A DNA stretch of 64,000 nucleotides from Parasitella parasitica NRRL 2501 (lineage: Eukaryota > Fungi > Mucoromycota). Shown piece by piece: positions 1 through 11,912 of this stretch. The position numbers and the translations under genes are program-made. Within the stretch, counting starts at the first letter, position 1; each line of letters opens with the position of its first letter. The stretch covers positions 162,805 through 226,804 of the forward strand of contig MU619276.1 of assembly GCA_025201805.1 (NCBI GenBank), given 5' to 3'. The notes under the pieces were generated by a model that saw only the letters and a list, made by a program, of their open reading frames with translations, was not told where the DNA came from and made no database searches.

Positions 1-1927
1 ATTCCTCAGCAAGTGTGGCAATCTAAATATATTACTGACTAGGTATCTAACACATTAATATTGTAGAAGAAGATTTTACCTCATTGATACCAGACATAAA
101 GATCAAAAGATCACCTCTTTCATTTACTGGTACAGACTGATCTATGTATTCCAACACTTTAATGTATGGATCTGTGGGTCCTTATTAGTATGCGTTTGCC
201 AATCTGGCTCATCAACAAGTGGGGGTAAACATACCAGCTTTAACCATGGATGATCTGCTAGGGATTGATCTCTGTAAGGCAGAAATTACTAAGTTGAGGC
301 AATGTTACAAATATCAAGTTGCTCGACGTACCTTGACTACGTCTGATTGTCGTTTTCTATGAGCTGCTTCATCGACCAAGTTTTTATCTTCTTCTTCGAA
401 TGGCCAATAATGAACCTTGACGCTATACATCTTTCCTGGTATCTTTGCAAGGTTAGTCTATTTAAATGACCATTCAATTGGGGTGTGTGTCTTAGTCATC
501 TTACCACTAGTGTTGGAGCGTCAAAATACTGAGCAAACAGTTCGGCATTGATGGTGGCACTCATCAAGACAACGTATAAATCCTTTCTTTGCAAAAGGGT
601 CTTTTTCAGTAAGGCAAGCAGAAAGTCGCCTATTATGGCGGATTTAGAGCTGTCTTCCATTTCCGCTAGCACGCTGCACTTACCCATCATATGTCGCTCA
701 TGAACCTCATCGACCACAATAACATCATACATGGACAACATGTTGTCTGTAGCATATTGTCGCAAAAGTAGCCCCTAAAGCAAGCCAGTGTTATGTAACC
801 ATCTCATGTTTATGCCAGTGTTTTGTGCAAATAATGTCTTACTTCGGTCAGAAACAAGATGCGAGTTCTGCTGGTTTTGGTTCCTTCAAATCGAACTTGA
901 TATGCAATTTTTGATCCGTACTCATTCATCGTTTCGTAGCTAAATATGCATGTTTAAACAATAAATTTTCACATGTATGTAGTAAGGAAGAAACCAAGCA
1001 ATTTACCTCACTCGCCTTGCCAAGGATGAGCATGCAATTCGTCTTGGTTGAGTACATGCAATCTTGTTGAATCCAGCACTCATCAAAATTTGTGGAACTT
1101 TTTTTTTTTTTTTTTTTTTTTATCAACAATGATGAATATATTGGCCCAAGCCATCACAAATTAACTCACCTTGTGTGCTCTTGCCACAGCCCGTATCGCC
1201 AGCAATCAGCAAAACTCTATGCTGCTTGAGTGTCTGTACGATTGCATTAGCAAAAGGGGTGACAGGAAGAGCAGCTTTGGTTTCTTCAATCTTTTTTTTC
1301 AACCCTTGTCTTTTCTTGCTTTGGAAATCTTGAAATAAAACCAGCGTATGCCGTATCATTTCGCCTTCCTGACGAACAATGTTCATGCGACCAGCCAGTG
1401 TAGATTTTTGGAGAGTTTTCCCATCACAAACACTTTGTTTAAGCTTGAGGTAGAAACCTAAAATCAATGGCACTCTTCTTTCAATTATCTGCTCGTATTT
1501 TTTAGTATGTAGACATGTATATCAACCTTCAAATTCATAGTAAATGGTTGATCCAGTTGGTATCAGCCAAGACACTAGCCCACGGTTCCTGCGTGAAAAA
1601 AATATATTGTCTGTCTCTTCTGTCCAAGCCCTGCTCGAGCCCAAGTCGTAGAATGAAGACTCTGTCTCAGTCTTTTTTTCTTTCAGATATGCTTGGGCTT
1701 CTTTCAGTGCGTCTCTGTTCTTTGCTGGGTCATTTGTCTACACACATACACTGTACTTAGATCAAAGAGCCCGTGCTTGGGATGAATCAAAAATTACTTA
1801 CAATTGCTTTCAAATCCCAACGTTTTCTTTTGAAAGCTTCTTCGTTTCTGACCAACGTCCCGTCGATGCTGTATCTTTCTTGCGGTATGTATTCTGCCCT
1901 TCTTTTCCGATTCCTGTCGTAGCTCAT
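1..1927 (-). CDS. DEAH-box RNA helicase, DHX34-like (multi-exon; 3' part runs off the window start)
   Basis: ATG at 1927 ([10 protein letters not shown]...). Spliced exons give [16 protein letters not shown] (Walker A), [56 protein letters not shown] and [17 protein letters not shown] with TQPRRIAC is typical of DHX34. Confidence 0.8.
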
Positions 1928-2324
1928 TATGGAGGCAATGTGTTGATGGTGCACAACTGTTGACGATTTTATTTTCATGTAGAGGATGTGATGAGTCGCT
2001 CCCCCCGGGCCGGATAGAGCCATGTTGCTACATTCGTGCGCCGAAAAATCTGTGAGGATTTGGAAAAAAAAAGGCAAGTATATGGTCAAGAGGAGCATGC
2101 CAAAGCTATTGATCCTCCTCTTTTTTTTGTACTTTGTACTTGGTGAGTAGTGATTTTTTTATTTTTTTTAGAAGGGATGTCATGCATAGTAAATGGGATG
2201 GATCGATACGGATGGGATTGTAGACATTAAGGATGGATTCAAATACGGATGGATTTTTTTTCTGTGCTGTTCTGAACATTGGACTTACGCTTATATGTGA
2301 TATCTCACTACTAGGAATTTAATC

Positions 2325-2975
2325 ATGGGTCGCCGTCCCGCTCGTTGTTATCGTTATTGTAAGAACAAGCCTTACCCCAAGTCTAGATACTGCCGTGGTG
2401 TCCCTGATGCCAAGCTCAGAATCTACGATTTAGGTCGTAAGAAGGCGTCTGTCGACGATTTCCCTCTCTGTGTTCACTTGGTTTCCAACGAATACGAGCA
2501 ATTGTCTGCCGAAGCTCTTGAAGCTGGCCGTATTTGCGCCAACAAGTACATGTCCAAGACTTCCGGTAAGGATTCCTTCCACATGCGTATCCGTGTCCAC
2601 CCCTATCACGTCACCCGTATCAACAAAATGTTGTCGTGTGCTGGTGCCGATAGATTGCAAACTGGTATGCGTGGTGCTTTCGGTAAGCCCAACGGCCTTG
2701 TCGCTCGTGTCAACATTGGCCAGATCATCTTCTCTGTCCGTACCAAGGATTCCAACAAGGCTGTCGTCATTGAAGCTTTGAGACGCTGCAAGTACAAGTT
2801 CCCTGGTCAACAAAAGATCATTATCTCCAAGAAGTGGGGCTTCACTCCTCTCACCCGTGCTGAATACGTCGAAGCTCGTGCTGCTGGCTCTCTCAGACCC
2901 GATGGCTGCTACGTCAAGTTTGTCCCTCAAAGAGGCCCACTTACCAACTACTTTAAGGAAGCTTCTAAGGTTTAA
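2325..2975 (+). CDS. RPL10: 60S ribosomal protein L10 (uL16); probable 5'-UTR intron about 2143-2314
   Basis: [21 protein letters not shown]...[25 protein letters not shown] is canonical uL16. Strong codon bias. Confidence 0.98.
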   Translation: MGRRPARCYRYCKNKPYPKSRYCRGVPDAKLRIYDLGRKKASVDDFPLCVHLVSNEYEQLSAEALEAGRICANKYMSKTSGKDSFHMRIRVHPYHVTRINKMLSCAGADRLQTGMRGAFGKPNGLVARVNIGQIIFSVRTKDSNKAVVIEALRRCKYKFPGQQKIIISKKWGFTPLTRAEYVEARAAGSLRPDGCYVKFVPQRGPLTNYFKEASKV

Positions 2976-3209
2976 ATTTCTTTATAAATTTTTGCATCCA
3001 AAATAAAATTCTTAAAGGCAATTTTCTCTTCAAAATGTTTGTGTCTGTCATCCATGTAAGCAATTAATGATGTTTGGGTTTTGAGAGGTTTGTACGACCT
3101 TGTAATTTATATTTAATATTGCAATTTACATGTGGTAGTCAATTGACCCTCTTTGCTCTCCTTAACCTTCCTTCGTTTTCTCTCTCTTTTTTTTCTTTTT
3201 TTTTCCACA

Positions 3210-4814
3210 ATGGACGCAGATAAACCAAAGAAGCTTTACAGCTCCCAAACACAGCGAGACAAGGAGCTTGAGCGCATTAAAAGCTTGGGTGTCGTTTCGG
3301 TGCTGAACAAGAATTTCAACGAAGCAACTCCTGCCCCTCTTAAACCAGCGTCGCTTCTACCAGCCTTATCCCCTTCCAACTCCTTGAGGACTGACAATCC
3401 CTCGACTGACACATTTGCCAAATCAAGATCTATGACAGTTTGCAAATCTCAGGCTGCTTCCTTCAGCTCCAGCTCAAAAGCAAGAAGCAGTTCGAGCCTC
3501 CATAGTGATCCCAGCAGCACAATGGCCCCGACATCTTTGTCATATGCACATGAATTAAAAAAGTCCCTCCCATTGTCTTCGTCAGGACATGAAGACTGCG
3601 ACGATCAACAGATTGTCTCGGAAAGAAAAACGGATCGAGAAGACGGCCTCGTGGTGAATTCGCCTATTGACACCGAAAAGGAAACTTTGCTAAAGCGTGT
3701 CCAAGAATTAGAAGCGCTATACGATGCCTCCATAATTGACTTGCAGATCCTGGAATCTCGAAACAGCAGTCAAAAGGACATATTAATTATGCAAGATAAA
3801 CTCATACAGCAAATGACTGATCAGCTGGATGCGCAAGAAATCAATAGTATGCAGCAATGCCAAATTTGCTCCCTTGCTGATAGTAGTAATGTCGATTGCA
3901 TTTTAAAGGCACAACAAGACATTGCTATGCTGACCACAGAACTACATGAACTGAGCCCGCTAACATCAGAATACAGTTCCACAATATCAGATTTGACCGA
4001 GGAACTTGCAAAACATGACCTGAGGATAGAAGAATTACAGCATATTGCCCAGGAAATACAGAAAGCAAACGCTATTCAATCAGAATCCATTGATACCAAA
4101 GTTCAGACTCTTCTTGATAGAATCCTTGCCAAAAATGAAATTATAAACAAACTGGAGCATGATCAGCAGCAGCAGCAGTTGGTCCATCCACAATTGCCGC
4201 CTACGCCCAAGCCCGAGATGATCCATCAAAGCAATAGCATTATTAGTTTGAGCGATTCCTCAACCCTGGCATACGAGCAGAAAGTGCAGATTGAACAAGA
4301 AGAAATGGGCGTGTCTCAGGAGACTCAGCATGGACAAACATTGCACGCTTCTCGTTGGAAAGGAAACCCGATCCCGCCAGCTTCACCACCGCCTTCATTG
4401 CCACTACCTCCCATTCCCAGTGCGTCTTCCCGATCCGTTTCCTCAACCAGACCCACATCAATTCTATCAGAAATAACCAAACGCTCAAGTATATATGCAC
4501 AACATACAAGCAGGAAGCATACATCTGCGGACGCTATAAGCCAGGAGCTAGGCGACCGTCAACCCTTGACTCGCTCTGAATTTGATGAGGAGCTGACTGA
4601 TGCCACTTATTACCGGGAATTCACAACTCAACTGCAAGAAAGACTTTCCGTATCCAAAGAAATCGACGATCTTCGTGTTTGGGCACCTAGTGATTACCAC
4701 AACATCCAAAGAAAAATCAGCTCTAGAAACTGGTCTGATAGCGATGATGACGTTAGTCTCAGTAGCCAAAAAGCTGCCTTCTGGAAAGGCATGAAAAAGA
4801 AGCTGAGAGTTTAA
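3210..4814 (+). CDS. Hypothetical coiled-coil protein with Ser-rich N-terminus and Pro-rich segment
   Basis: Uninterrupted 535-codon ORF from ATG 3210, a heptad-rich middle region and a PPASPPPSLPLPPIP motif. No recognisable family. Confidence 0.75.
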   Translation: MDADKPKKLYSSQTQRDKELERIKSLGVVSVLNKNFNEATPAPLKPASLLPALSPSNSLRTDNPSTDTFAKSRSMTVCKSQAASFSSSSKARSSSSLHSDPSSTMAPTSLSYAHELKKSLPLSSSGHEDCDDQQIVSERKTDREDGLVVNSPIDTEKETLLKRVQELEALYDASIIDLQILESRNSSQKDILIMQDKLIQQMTDQLDAQEINSMQQCQICSLADSSNVDCILKAQQDIAMLTTELHELSPLTSEYSSTISDLTEELAKHDLRIEELQHIAQEIQKANAIQSESIDTKVQTLLDRILAKNEIINKLEHDQQQQQLVHPQLPPTPKPEMIHQSNSIISLSDSSTLAYEQKVQIEQEEMGVSQETQHGQTLHASRWKGNPIPPASPPPSLPLPPIPSASSRSVSSTRPTSILSEITKRSSIYAQHTSRKHTSADAISQELGDRQPLTRSEFDEELTDATYYREFTTQLQERLSVSKEIDDLRVWAPSDYHNIQRKISSRNWSDSDDDVSLSSQKAAFWKGMKKKLRV

Positions 4815-5540
4815 GCAACCATAACATACATGCACATAAATACGATATACACATACAAATGAAAAAAATAAACTGCATCTTTTTGCCCCTTCTTGTAACA
4901 GACGGCACTGTCACTAGACCTCTTGCTTTTTCAAATGAGCCATATATGCTATTAAAGATATTACTTTTCCTAGTTGGAATATTGCCATATAAATTTGACG
5001 GCTGTCGATTTGATATTCCTTTTAGACATCAATAACAGTATATTGACGCCTTGGTGGCATGAAGAAATTTGAGGCGCTAGGCCTTGTGCTTGATGTAATT
5101 TAATATTCTTGTCTCAATAAAGGGATATGTTGCCTAGATACCAACCTATAAGTATTTCATGTACACAACGCCATGTCGATCTTTTTCTGATTGTTGCCGG
5201 TATTAACTTTTGTGGCACTATCATTACTTCCCGAGCAGGCTTTTCATGACGTTTTCAAGTCCAATTTGTTTTATTAAAATATTAGCAAGTATTTTCCACC
5301 AGAGGGCTGCTTTTTAGTCTGTTCATTAGAAAAACGGCAAGGATGCCAAAAAGAAACCGCCCCCCCCCCCCTCTCCTCGTGCCTTCATATGATACAAGGA
5401 CGCTGGACGGTGTGGAGAAGGTTTGATTATGGTAATATGAAACTGCAATTATACCGGTCCCAGATTTTACAGCGCATCATGATGGTTACATAATCAGCAT
5501 CTTTAAAGAGCCGGATCAATTTATTAAACTATTGCATATA

Positions 5541-5627
5541 CAGCAAGAGCGGTAAATTTTGTCACTTTGAGACACAAAAAACAAATGTCCTTGGCAGCAA
5601 AGTGACAAAATTTACCGGTTCTCACTG
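5541..5627. mobile_element. 87-bp Tc1/mariner-type MITE
   Basis: About 30-bp terminal inverted repeats with a perfect 20-bp core (CGGTAAATTTTGTCACTTTG at 5550-5569, reverse complement at 5598-5617). Ends are CAG...CTG, flanked by TA on both sides (5539-5540, 5628-5629). Confidence 0.75.
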
Positions 5628-5735
5628 TACTACCATTTTAATACGAAAAGAAATAATTGAATATATAGAAATTTACACTTATATGGGTGAGGAAGGGGAT
5701 GGGAGGAGGGTTATAAATAATAGGTGCGATTTTAT

Positions 5736-7088
5736 CTAACCTAAACATTCATTAAAATTGTCAGCACTGTTATTGTTATTATTGTTCAAGTCAGAGTTTT
5801 CTTCAGAAGGCACCATGGGGATTTGAGGCCTTTGTCTTGTCTGCAGCATGGCAAATAAATCATCTAAAACTTGGCCACTGTTGGCACTTGGTAAGAAGTC
5901 GTTGCTACTAGTGATGGTGGGCCCAAAATCGTCCTCAAAGAAGGGGTCAAAATCAAAGTCGAGATCGAAATCACCAGCGCCAGGCGGAGGCACCATAGTC
6001 TCCGAATTGCTGCCATCCTTACCCCAAAATCCTGTTAAGGGATACTGCAGTTGAGCTTCTTCACGTTGCTGTTGCTGGGCAGATATTAATAGAGGATTGT
6101 CTGTGTTATTGTGCATTATTGCGTTAACAGCAGCAGCGTTGTTTGCGAAATTCGTGCCAACATTTGATATTGGTGCTTGGCCCATGACAGAATCATCCAA
6201 TTTGCGTCGCTTGCTAGCATCATCTAATTGCAGTGAAGCCGTTGTGGTATCGTTTACAATCAAAGCGGGATTGCGGTCGTTCAAGTGGTACGGTGAGGAC
6301 TCTGGCCCTAGTTTTGGTGCTCTCAATGGTAATGGTATACGTGTGATTGACCCTGTCTCATTGGGTACGTTGCTACTCTGGAGAGTGTCATTATCCGCTG
6401 GCTCTGCTGTCTTTTGTTCATGACGCAGCCTTGAATCTTGATGAGGTCGCTTTGCAGTGGTTGATGATGATGTAAAGTGGGAGGGTGATGCACTCTCTCT
6501 GCGTGTCATCACTTCACCTTCACTGGCTGGGGCTGTCGGTAATGACATTGATCTTTCAGACCTCGTTCTTGTCATTGCATCGGATTCAGCGATTGGAGGT
6601 GTTGATAGTGTGGTTGTATGTGTATCATTATGATTTGATCTCTCTAGTTCAGCTAATTTGCTAGCGTCTCCTCCTGATAATACAACTACATGATGCTCCA
6701 GAGTAACTACTCTCTGACGAAGTTCTCCATTCTCCTTGCGTAACTTTTCCATTTCCTCCTGCCAACCCTCCATCTCCTTTACTTTGATTTCTAAATCCTT
6801 GATATATTGCTCTCTACGTTGTCTAAAAGCCTTTTGTGCAGCTCGGTTTTGAGCAGCACGTTTGGATGGAATTACTGCTCGAGAGCCGCCTTTGCTGTTT
6901 TTAGAGCTTTCGTATTCATGCGCCTGCGCTGGTGGAGAAATAGACTGCTCTTGTTGATTTGGCGGATGCGATGCGGAATGCTGTAGTGGTATTGGCTGCT
7001 GCTGGTGTTGAGGCTGCTGCTGGTGTGGATGCTGATGTTGCTGCTGAGGCGGCAGCGGTAACACAGACCCAGGTGGCCTTGATACCAT
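5736..7088 (-). CDS. bZIP transcription factor, Yap/AP-1-like
   Basis: Basic region KRAAQNRAAQKAFRQRREQYIKDLE followed by a leucine zipper. Q/P-rich N-terminus and acidic DFDLDFDFDPFF activation-like tail. No Yap1 Cys-rich domain. Confidence 0.9.
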   Translation of the reverse strand: MVSRPPGSVLPLPPQQQHQHPHQQQPQHQQQPIPLQHSASHPPNQQEQSISPPAQAHEYESSKNSKGGSRAVIPSKRAAQNRAAQKAFRQRREQYIKDLEIKVKEMEGWQEEMEKLRKENGELRQRVVTLEHHVVVLSGGDASKLAELERSNHNDTHTTTLSTPPIAESDAMTRTRSERSMSLPTAPASEGEVMTRRESASPSHFTSSSTTAKRPHQDSRLRHEQKTAEPADNDTLQSSNVPNETGSITRIPLPLRAPKLGPESSPYHLNDRNPALIVNDTTTASLQLDDASKRRKLDDSVMGQAPISNVGTNFANNAAAVNAIMHNNTDNPLLISAQQQQREEAQLQYPLTGFWGKDGSNSETMVPPPGAGDFDLDFDFDPFFEDDFGPTITSSNDFLPSANSGQVLDDLFAMLQTRQRPQIPMVPSEENSDLNNNNNNSADNFNECLG

Positions 7089-7634
7089 ATAATTAAACGT
7101 TTCAGGCGCATGGTCTGTTTATCGAGAAAATAATGAGCATTCCCCATGCATTTGCATATTGCAAAAACATATACCTACCTATGGGAATCATCCATGGCTG
7201 ATTGCTGTGATTGCTACTATTGCTGCTGTTCATGTTTTACGCTTTTTCTTGTCCAATTTCTATAGTGATTTTTGTTTTAAAGGGAAAAGTATCATAGCAA
7301 CGAAAAAAGTTAGCATTCAGCAAAACATTTCCGATAAATTGATGTTTACCCTGTCAATGCAAGTTGAAACAATGAGAAATAAGGAATATATGAATAGGGT
7401 ACCGTTCAAGATAAAAGTGCAAACATACAAGTTATCGCTGGATGATTTTTTTTTTTTGTGAGTAATGAGATCTAGCCAAAAAAACGCAGACTTTAAGCTG
7501 AATAGGTAACTTTGACACCTTCTTGATTTTTTTTCTGGTAAATGATTTACAGTGTCAAATACAGAAGGGAAGAGAGAAAAAAACCCCCCTCCTGCCCGAG
7601 AAAACTCACAAGAAACAGAAAAAAAAAAAAAAAA

Positions 7635-7654
7635 NNNNNNNNNNNNNNNNNNNN
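7635..7654. other. Assembly gap (N run) inside poly-A
   Basis: 20 N characters. Confidence 0.99.
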
Positions 7655-8157
7655 AAAAAAAAAAAAAACTCGGTAAAAAGCCAAACCGAACATGCTTTAT
7701 TGACCTCGCTCATATGATTGGACAAATCAGATACTAGAAAGGGATATTATCACAGAGACTGAAGAGGTTGCAATCAATCATAATTCTTGTAAATGCAGCG
7801 ACATACAGTAGCAAAATGCTGACATGGCAAATGAATGCAGCTGCAAAAAAAAATTTTGTGATTTTCTATATTATAGCCTTTTGAGATATGGCATAAATTG
7901 GAAAAAGAAAAAACTGGGTTTTCGTTCCACTTTCCACTTTCCATGGAAAGAACAAAATCGACTGACTTTTTCCATGTTCATGGGGGGGGGAGGGTGAGCA
8001 GGTATCACAAAAAACTTGCTTATGAAATCAACTGAGTCACATCCCGCCTAACCCAGATTTACTCGTTCATTTCCATCAAATGTAGATATAAAAAGGGAGT
8101 GGAGCCTCCACAGAAACTTTCCCTTTTTCTTGATTATAATTTATCATTACAGCAAAA

Positions 8158-9767
8158 ATGTCATCTCCTGTTCCCTCTTTCGGCTCTCTCGACAAGATCT
8201 ACGACCCTGCGGCCGTCCCCAAACAAGAGTAAGTCATCTCACAAAGGGAAGCATTTTGCATGATTTCTCACCAAAAAGTATTACACAGCCAACGCTACAA
8301 GAAGCTTATTGCTGAATTCGAGAAAGTTCATGGTCGCAAGGCCGAATTCGTTGTTCGCTCTCCTGGTCGTGTCAATTTGATCGGTGAGCACATTGACTAC
8401 TGTGGTTTTGGTGTGCTTCCTATGGCCATTGAGCGTGATGTGATCATTGTTGGTGCTACTACTGATGATGACTCCAAGGTCCGCATTGCAAACGTTAATC
8501 CCAAGTACCCTGCAAGAGAATTCGACTATGAGGGCAAGGAAAAGGTTGTTACTATTGACTCTTCTGAATTGGAGTGGTCCAATTACTTCAAATGTGGCTA
8601 CAAGGTAAGCTTGAACTGGTTTCATGGGGGGGGGGAGTAGGCGAATGCGTGTATTCATGTTTCGGTTGGTTTCATTAGGGCATGCTGGAGAAGTTCCAAT
8701 TGGATAAGCCCAAGGGCCTCTTTTTGATTGTTGATGGCACTGTCCCTGCTGGCGGAGGACTTTCCTCATCTGCAGCCTTTGTTTGTGCCTCTGCTTTGGC
8801 CGTTGTCACTGCCAACAAGCTGACCATTTCCAAAACTGAACTTACTGAGATTGCCATTGTCGCTGAGCGCAATGTTGGTGTTAACTCTGGTGGTATGGAC
8901 CAAAGTGCTTCCGTTCTATCTGAAAAAGACTTTGCACTTCATGTTGAATTTGTCCCCAAGTTGCACACTACGGCTGTTCCTTTGCCTGCCACTAGTCCCA
9001 AGTTAGCCTTTGTCATTGCTAATACCTTGGTCACCGCTGACAAGTTTGTAACTGCTCCCCGCAATTACAATCTTCGTGTCGTTGAAACCCACATGGCCGC
9101 TCTCTTCCTCGCCAAGAAGCTCGGCTTGCCTGCTGTTGATACTCTCAAGGAAGTGTATGATCTCTATTACAAGGATTCTTCTCTCAGTGACGTCGAAAAG
9201 TTCACTGATCTGCTCAAGAAGGCTGAAGAATTCTATCCCAAGGACAACACCAACAATAATGGTTATACCCTCGAAGAAGTCTCCAAAATGCTCGATGTTC
9301 CTGTCAAGGAACTTCAAGACAAGTATATGACACGTTTCCCCGTGCAAACTGATTATTTCCGTCTTGTCCACCGCACCAAGCACGTCTTGTCCGAAGCATC
9401 TCGTGTCATTGAATTCCACAAGGCCTGTGAAACTGGCCAGGGCGAATCCACTCTCAAGGTTTTGGGAGACCTTATGAACCTTTCCCAAGAGTCTTGCAAC
9501 AAGTTGTTTATGTGTTCCTGTCCCGAAATTGATCAGGTTTGTGAGGTTGCTCGCAAGAACGGCTCGCTGGGCTCCAGGTTGACTGGTGCTGGATGGGGTG
9601 GAAGTACCGTTCATTTGACCACTGAAGATAACGTTGCTAATCTCATTGATCACATCAAGAATGACTTTTTCCGCAAGGTTTACCCCAAAATCACTGAAGA
9701 GGAGTTGGATGATGCCATCATTGCCACTAAGCCTTGTTCTGGCGCTGCTATCTACACTGGTTTTTAA
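8158..9767 (+). CDS. GAL1: Galactokinase (GHMP kinase); exons 8158-8228, 8289-8604, 8679-9767
   Basis: Signature SPGRVNLIGEHIDY, ATP loop GGGLSSSAA, GGMDQ and GSRLTGAGWGG. GT-AG introns restore the frame. Confidence 0.95.
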
Positions 9768-10096
9768 GCCCTCATCTTTTCATCATTTTGTAACATTACA
9801 TTAAATCACCTTTTTTTTGTTCATATTTCTCAATTTTGTAATTAAATAATAATAATAATAAACCCCCATTTTTACTTGGAATCAAACTGTTCGTTTAATC
9901 TATTTCCAAGTATCTACTGGCTAGTGAAAAGAGAATATCACCCAATTTATGCACTCAAACATATGAACAAGACTCACCCCCGAGCGGCGCTTTTTGTTTT
10001 GCTTTTTTCGCTCAAGAGTTACTTTTGGGCTGTTTTTTACCGTCTATTACCAACGGGAAAAATGAATCCATCCCGAGCCTTTCTTTATTTATACGA

Positions 10097-11912
10097 CTAT
10101 CCAAAATTAATGCCTTGTGCTAAAGGAAGGGTACCCGAGTAATTGATGGTGCAAGTACCGCGTCTACAATATTGTTTCCAGCTATCACTGCCACTTTCAC
10201 GGCCACCACCAGTTTCTTTTTCACCTCCAAACGCACCTCCAATCTCTGCACCGTTGGTAGGAATATTGACATTGATAATACCACAATCAGAGCCAGACGG
10301 GCCGATCCATTTAAAGATAGTAGATGGGTTGCTAGTAAAGATGGAGCTGGATAAGCCTTGAGCGACATTATTGTTGATAGCAATGGCTTCATCCAGAGTC
10401 TATAAATACGGATAAAGTTAAAATCCTGTAGTCGTATAGCCACCAAAAATTTACCTTGTATGTCATTGTGTGCAAAATTGGAACAAAAGACTCATTTTGA
10501 ACAACCTCCATGTCAGGACGTACGCGAGTCATGGTCGGCTCCACAAAGTTACCATGCTTCAAAGGCCCATCCTCAATCACCTTGCCACCAATGATGATTT
10601 CTCCTCCCTCTTGCTTGACCCTTTGTAAAGCGTTTTTATAGATTTCAACTGCTTCCTTGGTATGAAGAGGGCCACAAAGAACACCTTGATCCAAGGGATC
10701 GCCGACTTTGACCTGTTTGTAAGCCTTCTTTAATCTCTCAATCAGGGTATCATACACAGATTCTTGCACAATCAAACGACGAGTCGTAGTGCAACGCTGT
10801 CCCGCAGTACCCACAGCTGCAAACAGAATGGCTCTGGCAGCCAGATCTAAATCACAGTCGTCTGTCACAATCAAGGCGTTGTTTCCTCCAAGTTCCAGGA
10901 TAGAGCGCCCAAATCTGCCCTGAACCACTTTGCCAACCTCTCTACCGACGTTGGTAGAGCCAGTAAATGAGAGCACATGTGCACGTTTATCTGCTGTCAT
11001 GGCACTGCCAATATCAGATCCACCAGTGACTAAAGCACACAGCGAAGGAGGAAGGTTATGCTCTTTGAGCGCATTGGCAATGATACGAGTAACAGCGATA
11101 GAGACTAGCGATGTTGTAGGAGCAGGCTTCCAGATAGTACCATTGCCTGTGACAAGAGCAATAGCGCAATTCCAGCCATAAACAGCGACGGGGAAATTGA
11201 AAGCGCTGATAATACCTACTGTGCCCAAGGGGTTCCAGGTTTCCAACATGGCGTGACCCGGTCTTTCTGAAGGAATCACAGCACCTTGGAGCATACGTGA
11301 AAGGCCCAATGCGTACTCGAGAATATCAATGTATTCTTGCACCTCTCCAATACCTTCAGGCAAAATCTTACCCATTTCTAAAGCAACCAGCTTGCCCAAA
11401 GGCTGCAAGTTTTCAACCAATGCATTTCTCATTGTCAACAGGACATGGCCACGTTTAGGAACTGGAAGCTATGTAAAGATATGCAGTGAGCTACATGCTC
11501 CACTTTCTACACACCCTCACACGATTTGTATATTTACCTCTCTCCAGATCTTTTGAGCTTCTGCTACTTTTTCAAAAGCAACATTTAAATCATCAGTGGT
11601 TCCCTACATTTGTAAACGGATGTAGCGTGAGAAAACTACATCTGTGGTAGAAGCATACACACATACCGTAATCACTTCTGCAATCACTTCGTTGTTGACA
11701 GGGTTGTAGGAAGGCACAATGGGACCTGATCCTTTCCAGTCCCCATCAAAGACGCCTTTGTTGTTGGTCTTGTCCAATCCAAGCGCCTCAAATACAGACC
11801 GGTGCTTATCAAAGGCGGATAAATAGCGGGCGTTGGTTAAAGGGGCACAGTTTCGCACCAGCTTGTTGGCTGCATGAATCAATGGGCGCGATCTTAATAT
11901 CTTGGTAATCAT
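10097..11912 (-). CDS. ALDH7A1: Alpha-aminoadipic semialdehyde dehydrogenase (antiquitin, ALDH7 family), likely with mitochondrial presequence
   Basis: [52 protein letters not shown], and C-terminal [20 protein letters not shown]...[17 protein letters not shown]. Confidence 0.93.

Noticed and set aside
2430-2930. Long antisense or alternative-frame ORFs over RPL10 (likewise over GAL1, H3/H4 and ATP2)
   Set aside because: Shadow ORFs caused by strong codon bias in highly expressed genes; no independent motifs.
8158-9767. GAL gene cluster
   Set aside because: No GAL7 or GAL10 neighbours; galactokinase stands alone.
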